A DNA stretch of 64,000 bases from Theionarchaea archaeon (GTDB lineage Archaea > Methanobacteriota_B > Thermococci > Methanofastidiosales > SZ-28-30). The DNA lies in assembly GCA_018992685.1 (NCBI GenBank), contig JACVGT010000001.1, forward strand, positions 32,001 through 96,000, read 5' to 3'. Each line of letters starts with the position of its first letter. Position 1 is the stretch's first letter. The notes beneath the pieces are model-generated. The model was given only the letters and a program-made list of their open reading frames with translations. It was not told the DNA's origin and did no database searches. A program made the position numbers and the translations under genes. This document shows positions 10,806 to 22,370 of this stretch, in pieces.

Positions 10806-11355
10806 TTCTCCTTTTCCATTTTAACTACGTCAGTTCTACCTCCAAGATTCCCACTTCCAGATCGTTGATGAGTCTGTCCAGAATGGATTGTCGGGCAGAA
10901 TCTGAAGCACTGAGTACTAGCCTCTCTCAATGAGCTCACTAATGAACTATGCACCTTCTCAGGAATCTTGCTTGCCTTCAGCTACATCTCTTATCGCAGT
11001 AGCTGCTTTTGTGTCCTCCACAAAGGACACTTTGAGGCTTTTCTTAGATCATATAAAAGTTTTCGGGTTCTCGTCATGTGTTGTGGGCCAGCCACGACCC
11101 CGAAATCACAGCACTCTCAAGTCCTTAGAGGTGAAGAATCCGAGATCATCATCTCTAGGGTGAATGACAGTGGAGCCCAAGAATTCTCATGTGGAATTTG
11201 ATAGTGAACAGCGCTCTGACACGGTCCAAGAGACTCGTGGAGAAGAGGTCAACCTGACCCTCGGGAGACCCTGAAAAGTAGAATAGTAAAGGATATGAGG
11301 AAGATTGTGACCTCAAAATCCAAAATAGAAAATTAAAAAAAGAGAGAAAATAAAT

Positions 11356-14300
11356 TTAGCGTCTTCTGTATAGTGCTGCAGATCCAAACAATACGAGCAT
11401 GAAAACAAGGGTAGTTCCTAAACAGGATCCACCGTTGTCAACTTCGCAGGTGACTGTGTCCTGAGCTTCCGGTGTGCTTGACGCGTATCCCTCAGCCAGT
11501 ATGGTGTGGTTGCCGTCAGAATAGTCAGTCGTATCCCAGCTGTACTGGAAGGGTGCTGTGTAGTCAGTTCCCACGAGCGAGCCATCAATATAGAACCTTA
11601 CCTCTTCACAGTTGGTGTCTGTAGTTATTGTAACAGTATCAGACACAACCTCACCATCAGATGGGTTGGTGATGGTAAGATAGTATTCGATGACATTGTC
11701 CACGGTGACGGTAACAGAGTCGGTGTCTTCCAAGGTACCAGATACGTATCCCTCAACCATTATGGTGTGGTTACCATCAGGGTAGGCTGTCGTGTCCCAG
11801 GTGTACTGGAAGGGTGACGATGTATCATCATACACGAAAGTGCCATCAATGTAGAACCTCACTTCATCGCAGTTGGTGTCTACTGTAATGATGACAGTTC
11901 CTGAAACTGTTGACCCATTGGGTGGATTGGTAATGGTAATGTAGTACGTGATGTTTTCCACCGTGACGGTAACAGAATCACTGTCTTCCAAGGTACCTGA
12001 TACGTATCCCTCAGCCAGTATGGTGTGGGTTCCATTGGAATATCCAGTGGTGTCCCAGGTGTAATCGAATGGTGATGCTGTATCATCCTTCACCAGAGTG
12101 CCGTCAATGTAGAACTTCACTTCATCGCAGTTGGTGTCTGTGGTAACGCTGACTGTTCCAGAAACAGTGGACCCGTTGGCTGGATTCGTAATGGTAACGT
12201 AGTAGCTGATGTTGTCCACGGTGACGGTAACAGAGTCAGTGTCTTATGGTGTGGGTTCCATCAGAGTACGCTGTGGTGTCCCAGGTGTAATCGAATGGTG
12301 ATGCTGTATCATCCTTCACCAGAGTCCCGTCAATGTAGAACTTCACTTCATCGCAGTTGGTGTCTGTGGTAACGCTGACTGTTCCAGAAACAGTGGACCC
12401 GTTGGCTGGATTCGTAATGGTAACGTAGTAGCTGATGTTGTCCACGGTGACGGTAACAGAGTCAGTGTCTGAGCCAGAATGGTGTGGCTGCCGTTGGAAT
12501 ATCCAGTGGTGTCCCAGGTGTAATCGAATGGTGATGCTGTATCATCCTTCACCAGGGTGCCGTCAATGTAGAATTTCACTTCATCGCAGTTGGTGTTTGT
12601 GGTAACGCTGACTGTTCCAGCAACAGTTTCTCCTTCTGAGGGGTTCGTAATGGTAACGTAGTAGACGACATTATCCACGGTGACAGTAACAGAATCACTG
12701 TCTTTCAATATACCTGACACGTATCCCTCAGCCAGTATGGTGTGGTTCCCATTGGAATATCCAGTGGTGTCCCAGGTGTAATCGAATGGTGATGATGTAT
12801 CATCCTTCACCAGGGTGCCGTCAATGTAGAACTTCACTTCATTGATTGATCCTGTTGTGTACGTGGTAACGCTAACTGTTCCAGATACAACTTCCCCTTC
12901 GTTCGGGCTCGTAATGGTCACTGTGTCCTGTACTCCTCTCTTGGTCAGACAGGGGGTCTCTGGGTCTCCCATGAGATTTCTTTCATAGAAGCACCACCTG
13001 TAGTATGTGTCGCTCTGAGCTGAGGCTGCCATGTAGTATCGTGACCTGTTCAGAATGTCACCCAGCTTCTGATAGCCATCGCCCCAACAAGCTCTTACCT
13101 CCATCTCGCAGAATTCTCCACTCAGTGCGCATGCGTCATTCGTCATGTACCAGCCGTAGTTGTCATTGTAGAGGGCACCAATAGCCCCACAGTCGTCTTT
13201 AACGTAAAACTCAGCCAGACAGTCAGAAGCCTCAAATTCACCGGTAATGCAGGCAACACTGGTGGTCCAGGGATAGAAGGTGTTGTTCAAACTGGCTACA
13301 TCTGTCGTGTACCAGCTCACGGTGCCACCCACTTCGTAGTTGATGTAGTACACAGTCGTATTTCCATGTCCAATGTGGACTACCGCTATGGGGTTAGCAG
13401 CCCATGCAGCTATCCAATCGCTCTTTGTCACCGTGCCGTCTTCTTCGAAGAGATATTCGATGGTGTAACTGCTAGGGATGTAATCATCACAGTTCCAAGC
13501 CAGACAGCGGGCATCTGGACTGTTGTTGCTGCCCACTCGAGATTCGTGCAGGCAGACTCTCTCCGGCTTATCCATCTGCTCGTAGGCAATGACCTTGTTG
13601 ACAAATATCTGGGCTTCCGTAGTGTTATCCACAGGTGCTCGACCTACTGCAACCTCCGCATAGAAGTCGACATTATCATTGGTCTCACCGTAGTAGCTGT
13701 CACCATCCGAGTTGTGACTGCCGTCCAGGTGAGCGTAATACATGTCTGCTGCCATGTCACTGTCAGTATATCCACCTGTGCTGACGTAAAATCCTCTATA
13801 GGGGACAACGCCAGTATCACCACCAAGTAGGACGTATAGTGTACCGTTGTTGGTGTACTTGTCAATGATGAAGTTTCGGATCTTCATCTGGTTGTCAGTA
13901 CCACTGTAGTTGGATGTAATCCAGGACACTGTGTAAACGGAAGCGCCGTCCACGAAGCCAGCTTTCCAGTCTGCTAAGTCCTGGAATGTGGACTGCAATG
14001 TGTCGTTGGTGATGATGATGTACTCTTCTGTCGCCAGTGGAACAGGTTCACTCTCATAGGTACTCAGTGTGTCAATGTTATCTACAATGTCAGCGACTGC
14101 AACTTTGTCCTTTTCCAACCCTCTATACAGCTTGTTCTTCATGCCATTACCAAACTGTACCTCAACAGTCAACCTCTGATAGAAGTGGACTGTGCCAGAC
14201 TTTGGCTGGTACTGCACAGGGAACAAGAGTAGGTTCAGGATGTCGTATCCTCTGAACGATTCTATGCCCACGACTTGGAACAGTGTCTTGGGGTATAGAC

Positions 14301-14676
14301 TGTTGGAGTTGTATGTCTCTTCATTTCTGCCAACCATCACAGGTGTATCGCTGAATGTGCAGGGGGGGTGACCCCATGGCAGGTCAAAGCCTGTCAGGAT
14401 AGTGGGGTTGCCATGCTTTACCTTCACGTCCTTCACCTCTACACCCTGAGGCAGGAGAATCGAGGCAGTTCTGTAGGGCACTAGCGGCTCTCCCGGGACA
14501 GAATAAATCTGGGTATCCTCAATCAGATAGCTGCCGCATCCACCACACAGACCATCTACCATGACTGGCGTGAATGTGTAGTCTACACCGAAATTGTCGT
14601 TCTTAGAAAAAGCTGTTGGAATACTCATGCAAAGCATTAGTACCAATGCTAGTATTGTCACTTTTCTACCTTTCAA
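11356..14676 (-). CDS. Gingipain-like C25 cysteine peptidase with propeptide, six Ig-like repeats and CLGT tail; two frameshifts inside the repeats (probably assembly artefact)
   Basis: Signal peptide, 'YVLLGGD', 'VGRAP', catalytic HIGHG and 'SVAC', 'LMGDP'. Split into ORFs 12343-14685, 12236-12445 and 11356-12219. TTG start at 14676 behind GGAGGTG. Confidence 0.85.
11435..12930 (-). repeat. Six tandem ~255-nt repeats encoding Ig-like domains
   Basis: Repeated 'VTITNP..G.TVSGTV.VTTDTNCDEVKFYIDG..V.DDT.SPF.YTWDTT.YS.G.HTI'; two units are nearly identical in DNA. Confidence 0.9.
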
Positions 14677-15041
14677 TCCTTTCACCTCCTTTAGGATTTT
14701 ATGAGCCTCTATTTGAATACTAGCTTATATAGTTTTTGGTAGTCTGGAATTATTGAGATTTGTGCTTTAAATTCATAGAGTTCTGGATGGAGGTCTCGCT
14801 TCATTAAGAGACGAATGAGCCGTGGATTTCCAAAAAGACACCCTAAGAATTCCATTTATGAGGTTCATAGAAAAGCCAGAGATGAGGCATGACCTTGAAA
14901 ACATGGTTTCATGTTTGAGATTTGACTGGGATTGGACAGTCTGATGTGAGATTTGCCAGTCTGATAATTCCGGTTTGTAGTGAAAAGGCAAACCCAACGC
15001 TTATATGTGTGTGATCCCTTCCTGAAAAAGGAGGTAATGGT

Positions 15042-15302
15042 ATGGCAAAGCTGAATGTAGAGGGACCGCTTCCGTCTAACTGGAAGAAAGCAGTCAGCTG
15101 GCGAGTTGTGTACGAACCCAATTCTGGCAAGTTTAGAGTGTGCATTTGGGTTGAAGGCGTACAGCAGTGCTTCGTGTGGGATAACCTGTCTGCGGATACA
15201 GTCCATGTTATCATCTACTTGCTAGGTCTCGATGGGCGCAGATGGGGAGACCCAAGTTCAAGAGTGGTGCAGGTAGAAGGCGGAGTAGGCAAATGGACAT
15301 GA
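15042..15302 (+). CDS. Hypothetical protein, 86 aa
   Basis: GGAGGT RBS and TATA-like 'cttatat' upstream; no family recognised. Confidence 0.6.
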   Translation: MAKLNVEGPLPSNWKKAVSWRVVYEPNSGKFRVCIWVEGVQQCFVWDNLSADTVHVIIYLLGLDGRRWGDPSSRVVQVEGGVGKWT

Positions 15303-15806
15303 TGCCCAAAGTCCAAGGGCAGAGCACAGGAGTTCTTACGTTCTATTCTCTTTTTTCTTTTCTCTTTCTAGTTAGTTTTTGAAAGGAGATCACGCTGGAA
15401 CGAACAAGAAATGGAAAGTCAGTAGGTTCTCCCTATGAAAGTGAAAATCGTTTCAACTGAACAGAGGTAAGATGCTGAGAGACAAACTCTGAAAGGAACA
15501 TAACGTGGGACCTCATTGACTGGTTGAGCGCCCTCTCAAAGAGTGTAATATTTCGAAGGTACTCTCCAACAAACCTCTGAGGAATGTCTCATGAAAATGA
15601 GCAGGAATAATCATCCATGTAGCAATGCCTGGTACTGTGCTGATAACGCACGCCTTCACGGAAACATTTAAAAGCACATGAAGTATAAAGCTTCTGTGAC
15701 CTCAAAGGTCTCTCTTGTGAGCGATTTGAGCACATCATACTGCGCCATTTCTCAGGCGTCTTAGAAAGAAATCAAGATTATTAACCATAAAGAAAGATAT
15801 GGAGAT

Positions 15807-16274
15807 GTGACTATGTCTGAATTCAAGGGTATCGTGCGTATACATGGCACTGATCTCAAAGGAGATAGAAATCTGGAGTTAGCCCTCACAGGTATCAGGG
15901 GGATCGGCACCATGATGGCGAGAGGTATAGCCAACACAATCAATATCGATCCCAGAGAAAAACTGGGAAATCTCTCTGATGAAAAGATTGAGGAAATTGA
16001 AGAAGTCCTCAGAAATCCTTCAGAACATGGGATTCCACGCTGGATGCTTAACAGAAGACGAGATTACTATTCCGGGGAAGATTCTCACCTGGTGGGCGCT
16101 GACCTCATTATGATTCTCAGGGAAGATCTGAACAGACTCAGGAAGACTCGATCATACCGTGGAATTCGCCATGAGTCAGGGCTGCCGGTAAGAGGACAAC
16201 GAACCAAGTCCAGCTTCCGTACAGGGAGAACTATTGGCGTGAGCCGGAAGAGGGCCAAGGAGAAGAAGAGGTGA
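15807..16274 (+). CDS. rps13: 30S ribosomal protein S13
   Basis: 'ALTGIRGIG', 'WMLNRRRD', 'YRGIRH..GLPVRGQRT'. Confidence 0.97.
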   Translation: MTMSEFKGIVRIHGTDLKGDRNLELALTGIRGIGTMMARGIANTINIDPREKLGNLSDEKIEEIEEVLRNPSEHGIPRWMLNRRRDYYSGEDSHLVGADLIMILREDLNRLRKTRSYRGIRHESGLPVRGQRTKSSFRTGRTIGVSRKRAKEKKR

Positions 16275-16278
16275 TTGT

Positions 16279-16755
16279 ATGGGAGATCCCAAGAAACCAA
16301 GAAAATCCTATGACACACCTTCTCACCCCTGGAGAAAGGAGAGAATAGAACTGGAAAAGGAGATGGCCAGAAAATACGGGCTCAAGAACAAGAGAGACAT
16401 ATGGAAGGCTGAATCCAAATTGAGGAGTATCAGGAGACTGGCCAGAAACCTTCTCGGTTCACATGGGGAACAGGCAGAACAGGAAGAAGAAAAGCTCATG
16501 GCCAAACTGCAGAAACTGGGACTGTTGAAAGGAGATTCTGACCTTGATTCGGTCCTGGGATTGACCATAGAAGACATCCTGGAGCGCCGTCTTCAATCAC
16601 TGGTGCACAGGAAAGGCCTTGCCCAGAGCCCCAAACATGCCAGGCAGATGGTAGTACACGGTCATGTCCGGGTGGGGGGCAGGCGCATTACGTCTCCCAG
16701 TTATCTCGTCCCTGTGGAACAGGAAGAGACGATTGTTAGTGAGGTGTTTTCATGA
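16279..16755 (+). CDS. rps4: 30S ribosomal protein S4
   Basis: '[18 protein letters not shown]', 'YGLKNKR', 'LERRLQS', 'ARQMVVHGH'. Confidence 0.97.
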   Translation: MGDPKKPRKSYDTPSHPWRKERIELEKEMARKYGLKNKRDIWKAESKLRSIRRLARNLLGSHGEQAEQEEEKLMAKLQKLGLLKGDSDLDSVLGLTIEDILERRLQSLVHRKGLAQSPKHARQMVVHGHVRVGGRRITSPSYLVPVEQEETIVSEVFS

Positions 16756-17141
16756 AGAAAGAAGGATGGGGCGTTGCCCATATTTTTGCATCATTCAACA
16801 ACACCATAGTCCATATTACTGATTTGACAGGTGCAGAAACCATTGCCATGGTATCTGGTGGCATGATTGTCAAGTCTGACCGGGAGGAGTCCTCTCCCTA
16901 TGCAGCAATGAAGGCTGCATTCCAGGCTGCCGATCAGGCGCTGGAGAAGGGCATTGTAGGTGTCCACATAAAAGTGAGAGCTCCAGGCGGAAGCAGAATG
17001 AAGAACCCAGGACCGGGAGCCCAGGCGGCAATTCGTGCTCTCTCCAGGGCCCGGCTCAAAATAGGGTCCATAGAAGATGTCACACCAATCCCTCACGATG
17101 GTACAAAGCCCAAAGGAGGAAAGCGCGGAAGAAGGGTCTAA
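16752..17141 (+). CDS. rps11: 30S ribosomal protein S11
   Basis: '[10 protein letters not shown]', 'SSPYAAM', '[12 protein letters not shown]', '[11 protein letters not shown]'. Confidence 0.98.
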   Translation: MKKEGWGVAHIFASFNNTIVHITDLTGAETIAMVSGGMIVKSDREESSPYAAMKAAFQAADQALEKGIVGVHIKVRAPGGSRMKNPGPGAQAAIRALSRARLKIGSIEDVTPIPHDGTKPKGGKRGRRV

Positions 17142-17143
17142 CC

Positions 17144-17926
17144 ATGGAACTACGTGTACTGCACCGCGGAGAAGACAAGATCCGATTTGTTGTCGAAGGA
17201 GTGAATGCTGCCTTTGTTAATGCGCTGCGCAGGACATTCATCAGCGGAATTCCCACCTTCGCCATAGACTACGTCGTATTCTACTCCAACATCTCTCCAT
17301 TATTTGACGAGATCATTGCTCATCGTCTGGGAATGGTCCCCTTGACCACCGAGACCACCCGCTATATTCCCAGAGATCAGTGCTGTCAGGATGGGTGTGA
17401 GAAATGCTCTGTCACCCTGAGCCTCTCCAAGGAGGGTCCCTGCACGGTGATGTCGGGAGATCTGATTAGCGAAGACTCGGATGTTGTCCCTGTCTATGAG
17501 AATATCCCGCTGGTGAAATTAGGCCCAGATCAGAAGCTGACTCTCAATGCCATTGCACGCATAGGATATGCCAGGCATCATGCTAAGTGGCAGGCAGCTC
17601 TAGCCTCTTTCCAGCATGTAGCTCGAATTTCGGTGGATACTGACATGTGTGATCTGGGAGGAGCCTGCATCAGAGAATGCCCCCGGGGTGTCCTGGACAT
17701 CATGGGAGACGAGCTGGTTCCAAAATATCTGTATAACTGCACTCTGTGCAAGGCGTGCACCGATGTGTGCGATTTCGATGCCATAAAGGTAGAGCCACTC
17801 GATGACAGCTTCATTTTTACTCTGGAATCATATGGGAACGTGCCTGTGGAAGTTTTAGTCCAGGAAGTAGTCCGTATCTTCAACGGAAAGGCTGATTCGC
17901 TATTGGAAGAAACAGAAAAACTCTAG
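17144..17926 (+). CDS. rpoD: DNA-directed RNA polymerase subunit D (Rpo3) with ferredoxin-like domain
   Basis: 'NALRR', 'DEIIAHRLG', 'HAKW', Cys motifs CDLGGACIRECP and CTLCKACTDVC; expected operon position. Confidence 0.96.
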   Translation: MELRVLHRGEDKIRFVVEGVNAAFVNALRRTFISGIPTFAIDYVVFYSNISPLFDEIIAHRLGMVPLTTETTRYIPRDQCCQDGCEKCSVTLSLSKEGPCTVMSGDLISEDSDVVPVYENIPLVKLGPDQKLTLNAIARIGYARHHAKWQAALASFQHVARISVDTDMCDLGGACIRECPRGVLDIMGDELVPKYLYNCTLCKACTDVCDFDAIKVEPLDDSFIFTLESYGNVPVEVLVQEVVRIFNGKADSLLEETEKL

Positions 17927-18152
17927 ATACTGGAGATCAGAGATTCCAGCTTGTCTAGTGTTCATGTGGTCACGTGATTAGTTCTCTCTGCAAATGGGTG
18001 TACTGAAATTCAAGAGATTTTTATTCCCATCCCCTTCTCTCTTTGACATTTCTACCTTTAGCACCTGTATCAGTGACTGTATTTGAAGAAGATAATGACT
18101 GTCTGCTCATGACAAAGGAAAGACTTATATTGGAGTAATCACCCTTTTCTGC

Positions 18153-18644
18153 ATGGAGAAAGATGTGGAATACGACCTGGATGAGTTTATTAGAAAGGCC
18201 AGGAGACGTTCAGCTGAGTACGAGGAACAGCCCTACGACGAGACAACATTCAGAAACTACAGAAGGTTTTCCAATCTAGAGGAACACGAGGATTATTACC
18301 AGCAAATAAAGGTTTGCAAGGCCATTCTAAATGATATCAGATCCAGATCCCACTTTTTGTCTAAGATGGAGAAGTATTCTCCAGGTATTAGTTCACTCTC
18401 CATAGAGGATGTAGCAAAGATCAGGTACAGTTCAGAGAATGAATCATACATTGTTTATGCAGATGGAACTGAGTTCGACATTTACGAGGACGACATGAAA
18501 TTCATTTACCCCTCAATTGTCGACATTCCTGATTCATATGAGTTTGAGGTCGTCATCGAGGACTCTTCAGTGTACGTGTACAACAAGTTTACTGCAGATC
18601 AGCCCTTCAGGGTGTTCGGGGCAGCTGAGGCGGCTGAAGAGTAG
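18153..18644 (+). CDS. Hypothetical acidic protein
   Basis: 163-aa ORF with a TATA box about 25 nt upstream. Confidence 0.7.
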   Translation: MEKDVEYDLDEFIRKARRRSAEYEEQPYDETTFRNYRRFSNLEEHEDYYQQIKVCKAILNDIRSRSHFLSKMEKYSPGISSLSIEDVAKIRYSSENESYIVYADGTEFDIYEDDMKFIYPSIVDIPDSYEFEVVIEDSSVYVYNKFTADQPFRVFGAAEAAEE

Positions 18645-19722
18645 AGAAATACAGTGAATACAAGTCACTGGTGAGAGTTTTGATGCCTTCCAGAAGTATT
18701 TCGGCCTGGGCAGCATCTGGCCCCAGGTTTCGCACCTGCAGGGTCAAGGTTCTGGCACGTTCAGGAATGTCGGGAATGGCTCTAATCGACTGTTGAAGTT
18801 CAAGAAAGCTGACCAGCTTGAAGCAGGCCTGGAAAAAGTAGGCCAGTCGCTCGGGGTCATACATTTTCTCTCCAATTTTCCACTGATAGTTCTGCAGGCC
18901 AAAAGCAGCCAGTCTGCCATTGGATACCCACCGTTTCACTTCCTTAATCCAAGTTCGCTTTTCATTTCCTTTGATCTGGGAGCCCGTGGGTTCCACGTGA
19001 TATCCTCTGTGAGGTATCTTCGAAAGCAGGGCTATCAGTTCTCGGTTAGCGTCTGGGAAGTGAGGATGTTCAAAATGAGGTCCAAATAAGTAGAGACACC
19101 CTCTCGAAACCTTCTTGGTTATCAGGGCTCTCTTCCCAAGGAGAGCCTGTCGTGCTTCCTCTTTCCCGCAGAGGAACATGGTCTTGGGAGTGAACTGGGA
19201 GTAGGACGCCAGAGGTTCAGCGTTTGCAGAGAGGATTCCCGGACCTCCATATAACGGTGCCTGTATGGTGTATCCATTGTATTCCAGAGTTACAGCCTCC
19301 CTTACGGGGTGGAATACGAACCCGTCTCTGTATTTTACCAGATACTTGTGAGGCATTCGTATGTTGGGAGGGGGTTCAATTGCGAAGTTTGAAATCTCCC
19401 CGTCCACTAGGTTGAGCCAGGGATAGGGATTCTCATGGAACCGGAGGGCAAAGTATGTCCCAGCACAGATCCCAATATAAGTTCCCCCCTTCTCAATGAA
19501 AGACCGTATCCGGGAAACGCCATGCTTCCCGATATGAGAAAAGAGGGCAAAAGGATCACCTCCCGAAACTACCAGGACATCTGCTGCAATATCCCCGGTA
19601 TCGGTGATGAATTCAATGGTGTTGATCCCGTGGGAACTCAGGGTATCAACGAACCAGATCCATGAATGGGAAGCTCCCTTGCCAGTGTATAACGCAATTT
19701 TCAGCGGTAATTCTGCAGTCAT
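18607..19722 (-). CDS. BPL-N domain (class I glutamine-amidotransferase-like) protein
   Basis: 'LVVSGGD', 'GGTYIGICAG' nucleophile elbow, 'YGGP', 'GPHFE'. Confidence 0.8.
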   Translation of the reverse strand: MTAELPLKIALYTGKGASHSWIWFVDTLSSHGINTIEFITDTGDIAADVLVVSGGDPFALFSHIGKHGVSRIRSFIEKGGTYIGICAGTYFALRFHENPYPWLNLVDGEISNFAIEPPPNIRMPHKYLVKYRDGFVFHPVREAVTLEYNGYTIQAPLYGGPGILSANAEPLASYSQFTPKTMFLCGKEEARQALLGKRALITKKVSRGCLYLFGPHFEHPHFPDANRELIALLSKIPHRGYHVEPTGSQIKGNEKRTWIKEVKRWVSNGRLAAFGLQNYQWKIGEKMYDPERLAYFFQACFKLVSFLELQQSIRAIPDIPERARTLTLQVRNLGPDAAQAEILLEGIKTLTSDLYSLYFSTLQPPQLPRTP

Positions 19723-20813
19723 AGACGAGACACAATATCGTCCAGGGTATCAGCAGAGATTTCCAGTCCTGTGCCTGCCGTAATGGCTCGAACGGCAGCT
19801 TCTTCATCAATGCCAAACTGGTCCAGTATGGGGCATACACCAAGAGTGTAGTACCATCCTTCCTTGTCTTCCAGGGGCTGAGCAGGTTGTGATCCCATGG
19901 TGGTTAATGCGTTGGGATCTTTTCCATACTTGGGATTGACACCCAGCTGGTAGCAGGTCTGAAGGGTTTCTGCAGCCTTCTTGACATCGAGACCATGTGC
20001 CATCAGATCTTTCAAATGTCTCTCAAAGATGACCACACCCTCATTCTCGCCTGTCTCTACGAAATTCCTGCAGGCATAGGGACAGTTGAAACATGCATCA
20101 AACCGCTGTGTAATGGCTTCCAACCCTTCAACAGGAGCACCTTTCTTCTGTATCTTTGACTTCAGCCCAGTCAGGACCTCTTCGGCTGCCGAGATGAACT
20201 CTTCAGGTTCTGAGATTTCTACTTCACCCATTCCTCTCATGGCCACAGCCTTGACGTTTTTCTCTCCCAGTACTGCAGCAAGCCCGTTCCTATCGTCAGT
20301 TCCCCAGTAATTATTCACCAGGAGGGCTGCTCCGGATTTCTTCTCTCCTCCTTCGCCAATGACCAGAGTTTGTATCCGGTTCTCACCTAGTTCTTCTCTC
20401 AAGTAGGCTGTCGTTTCCCAGGTGTTCTTCCCCCACAGATCAGTGGATTCAATGTCAGCAATTTCATCGTGCAGCCACAGATAGACCGGATTCTCAGCCT
20501 TGCCTTTTAGCACCACAAAGCTGAACCCCGATAGTTTCAGTTCCGGTCCTGAGAACCAGTTGAAGGCTGAATGACACACTGTTCCATTTTTCTTTGCTGT
20601 CACAACACCCAGAGCCGATCCCGGGAAGAGTGTCCCTGTCAAGACACCTGTTCCCAGTATGACAGAATCAGGATATTGGGATAATAACGCATTGTTAGCA
20701 CAGGCTCCACCAATATTTTTCTCAATAAAATCCTCTTCAATATCTACTTCTTCTACTTCGCCTGCATCCAGATCTACAACCGCAATTAAATCAGTGTACA
20801 ATTCCATGCTCAC
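19719..20813 (-). CDS. Short aldehyde:ferredoxin oxidoreductase-family protein
   Basis: AOR N-terminal motifs 'GPELKLSGF..VVLKGKA', 'DLWGK', 'GEKNVKAVA', then CFNCPYAC and 'GVCP'; only 364 aa. Confidence 0.8.
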   Translation of the reverse strand: MSMELYTDLIAVVDLDAGEVEEVDIEEDFIEKNIGGACANNALLSQYPDSVILGTGVLTGTLFPGSALGVVTAKKNGTVCHSAFNWFSGPELKLSGFSFVVLKGKAENPVYLWLHDEIADIESTDLWGKNTWETTAYLREELGENRIQTLVIGEGGEKKSGAALLVNNYWGTDDRNGLAAVLGEKNVKAVAMRGMGEVEISEPEEFISAAEEVLTGLKSKIQKKGAPVEGLEAITQRFDACFNCPYACRNFVETGENEGVVIFERHLKDLMAHGLDVKKAAETLQTCYQLGVNPKYGKDPNALTTMGSQPAQPLEDKEGWYYTLGVCPILDQFGIDEEAAVRAITAGTGLEISADTLDDIVSRL

Positions 20814-21136
20814 ACCTCTTTAAGACACCCTGTTGGGCAGAATCGAACGCACATGGCATCGGTGCAGTTGTCACAGGGTTCTCTTAGCAAAATGGGTTTT
20901 CCTCCGCCACCAGTATCACTTGATTCTCCTTCTTTCATCACTTCGACACCTTCTGGCCTTCCCAGGAGGACTTCTCCCTCCCGTTTGAGCATGACACCGT
21001 AGTAGTTCTTTCTCTCCTCTCTGTGCAGAATGATGCTGGATCGCATAGTGGTGAATACTTCTTCTTCTCTGTATAAACTGCATGCCACTTCACAGGCACC
21101 ACATGCTGTACAGATTTGGGGATCGATTTCTATCAT
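20810..21136 (-). CDS. 4Fe-4S dicluster ferredoxin-like protein
   Basis: CTACGACEVAC and CDNC...CVRFCPTGC. Start set to MIEID behind AGGTGA. Confidence 0.85.
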   Translation of the reverse strand: MIEIDPQICTACGACEVACSLYREEEVFTTMRSSIILHREERKNYYGVMLKREGEVLLGRPEGVEVMKEGESSDTGGGGKPILLREPCDNCTDAMCVRFCPTGCLKEV

Positions 21137-21328
21137 TGTAATCACCTGACATGACAGACCTATGACATAATATAAAGGTTTTCCATCTTCTTTTGGGTAG
21201 GTTGTGATAGCAGATAGAGTCAAGAATGATCTGGAATCAACCATTGAGAAAAGAAGGGCGAAATTACGGGGTTGCTGCAGCCTCTACAATTCGAAAGATT
21301 TATATAGCCACACCCACTCCATAGGGTA

Positions 21329-21402
21329 CCCGGCGTAGTTCAATCTGGCAGAACGGCGGACTGTAGATCCGCATGTTGGTGGTTCAAATCCGCCCGCCGG
21401 GA
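21329..21402 (+). tRNA. tRNA-Tyr(GTA), intronless
   Basis: Acceptor CCCGGCG/CGCCGGG-A, anticodon arm GCGGA-CTGTAGA-TCCGC, T loop GGTTCAAATCC, TATA box at 21298-21305. CCA not encoded. Confidence 0.97.
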
Positions 21403-21476
21403 TTATTTTGGTGCATCAGCAACAGGTGAAGTGTCAATGTCTCAGATCACAGCCTTTGAGTTCCTGTCCAGGCATG

Positions 21477-22370
21477 CTATCCCATTTTCTGCGATAACCG
21501 CAAGATTTCTATCCATGTATGAACAAACTGATGAAAAGGGTAACTCAAAGGTATGTTTCCCTTAGCAGTGTAGTTCCACAGAGTTTTTCTCGTTTTGCTG
21601 TGTATACAGGTCATTGTTCTTAAGTTCGCTACAAAGATGAACCCGTCCACTAGCATCGGATCTCCTAAATAGTATCCCACGTCCCTTTTCCACCTCACGT
21701 GACGTATTCCAGCCTTCCCTTCAGGTGAGATTGCAGGTTCACTGTAGGGAAAATAAGGGGAAAAGTCCTTGTCAAGGTAATATTCCGGTGCCATGGGCGA
21801 ATAACACCCCCAGCGAGCTATCTTACCACCATCTTGTATACCATTGTTTCTCTAGTGATCATCTAATTCTATTAGAATCTTAAAAAGGGCAGAAGGTATC
21901 TTTCCGTTGAATTGTACGAATTTCTTCCCACAGAAATCAATGTCCCAGGGAATAAAACAGTGAAACCCGGAATGTGAATAAGGCATAATCTTCCCTTCTG
22001 TTGAGGTAATGGTGACTTCAATATGAGGATAATAGTCGAATCTGATGAAGTCATTATAGGATGGTTCGGGAACTTCAACTTCATAGAAATCAGTAAAATT
22101 CGCCATCAGATTATCAATGAGTTCTGGATCAATATTCTTACCCGTATCGGAGAAATATCCTGCATTTTTGCGTGTTATTGTATAGTACTTATCATCCTTC
22201 CCCGGAAAGTACACAACTCCATAATATATTTCAATCTTCTCAACAGTAGCAAGCTCTTCTCTAATTTTTGTCACAGGGAAGAATGATCCTTGTTGAATCA
22301 GAGAGAGCACCACAATAACTGCAATACATGCCCTGAGAGCATTCGTACAACAAGTAAAATACCCTGGCAT
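21477..22370 (-). pseudogene. Degraded secreted protein with PQQ-like beta-propeller fragment
   Basis: ORFs 21852-22370 and 21477-21794 share a frame and are separated by one TAG; the intervening 19 codons are open. 'GDPMLVDGFIFV...LWNY' resembles a single propeller blade. Confidence 0.5.

Noticed and set aside
10866-10915. TGATGA...CTGA around a hairpin as a C/D box sRNA
   Set aside because: No convincing internal D'/C' boxes, and I could not identify a guide target.
21852-21854. In-frame TAG as a pyrrolysine codon
   Set aside because: No pyl genes in the window and the downstream part is itself truncated; a nonsense mutation is simpler.
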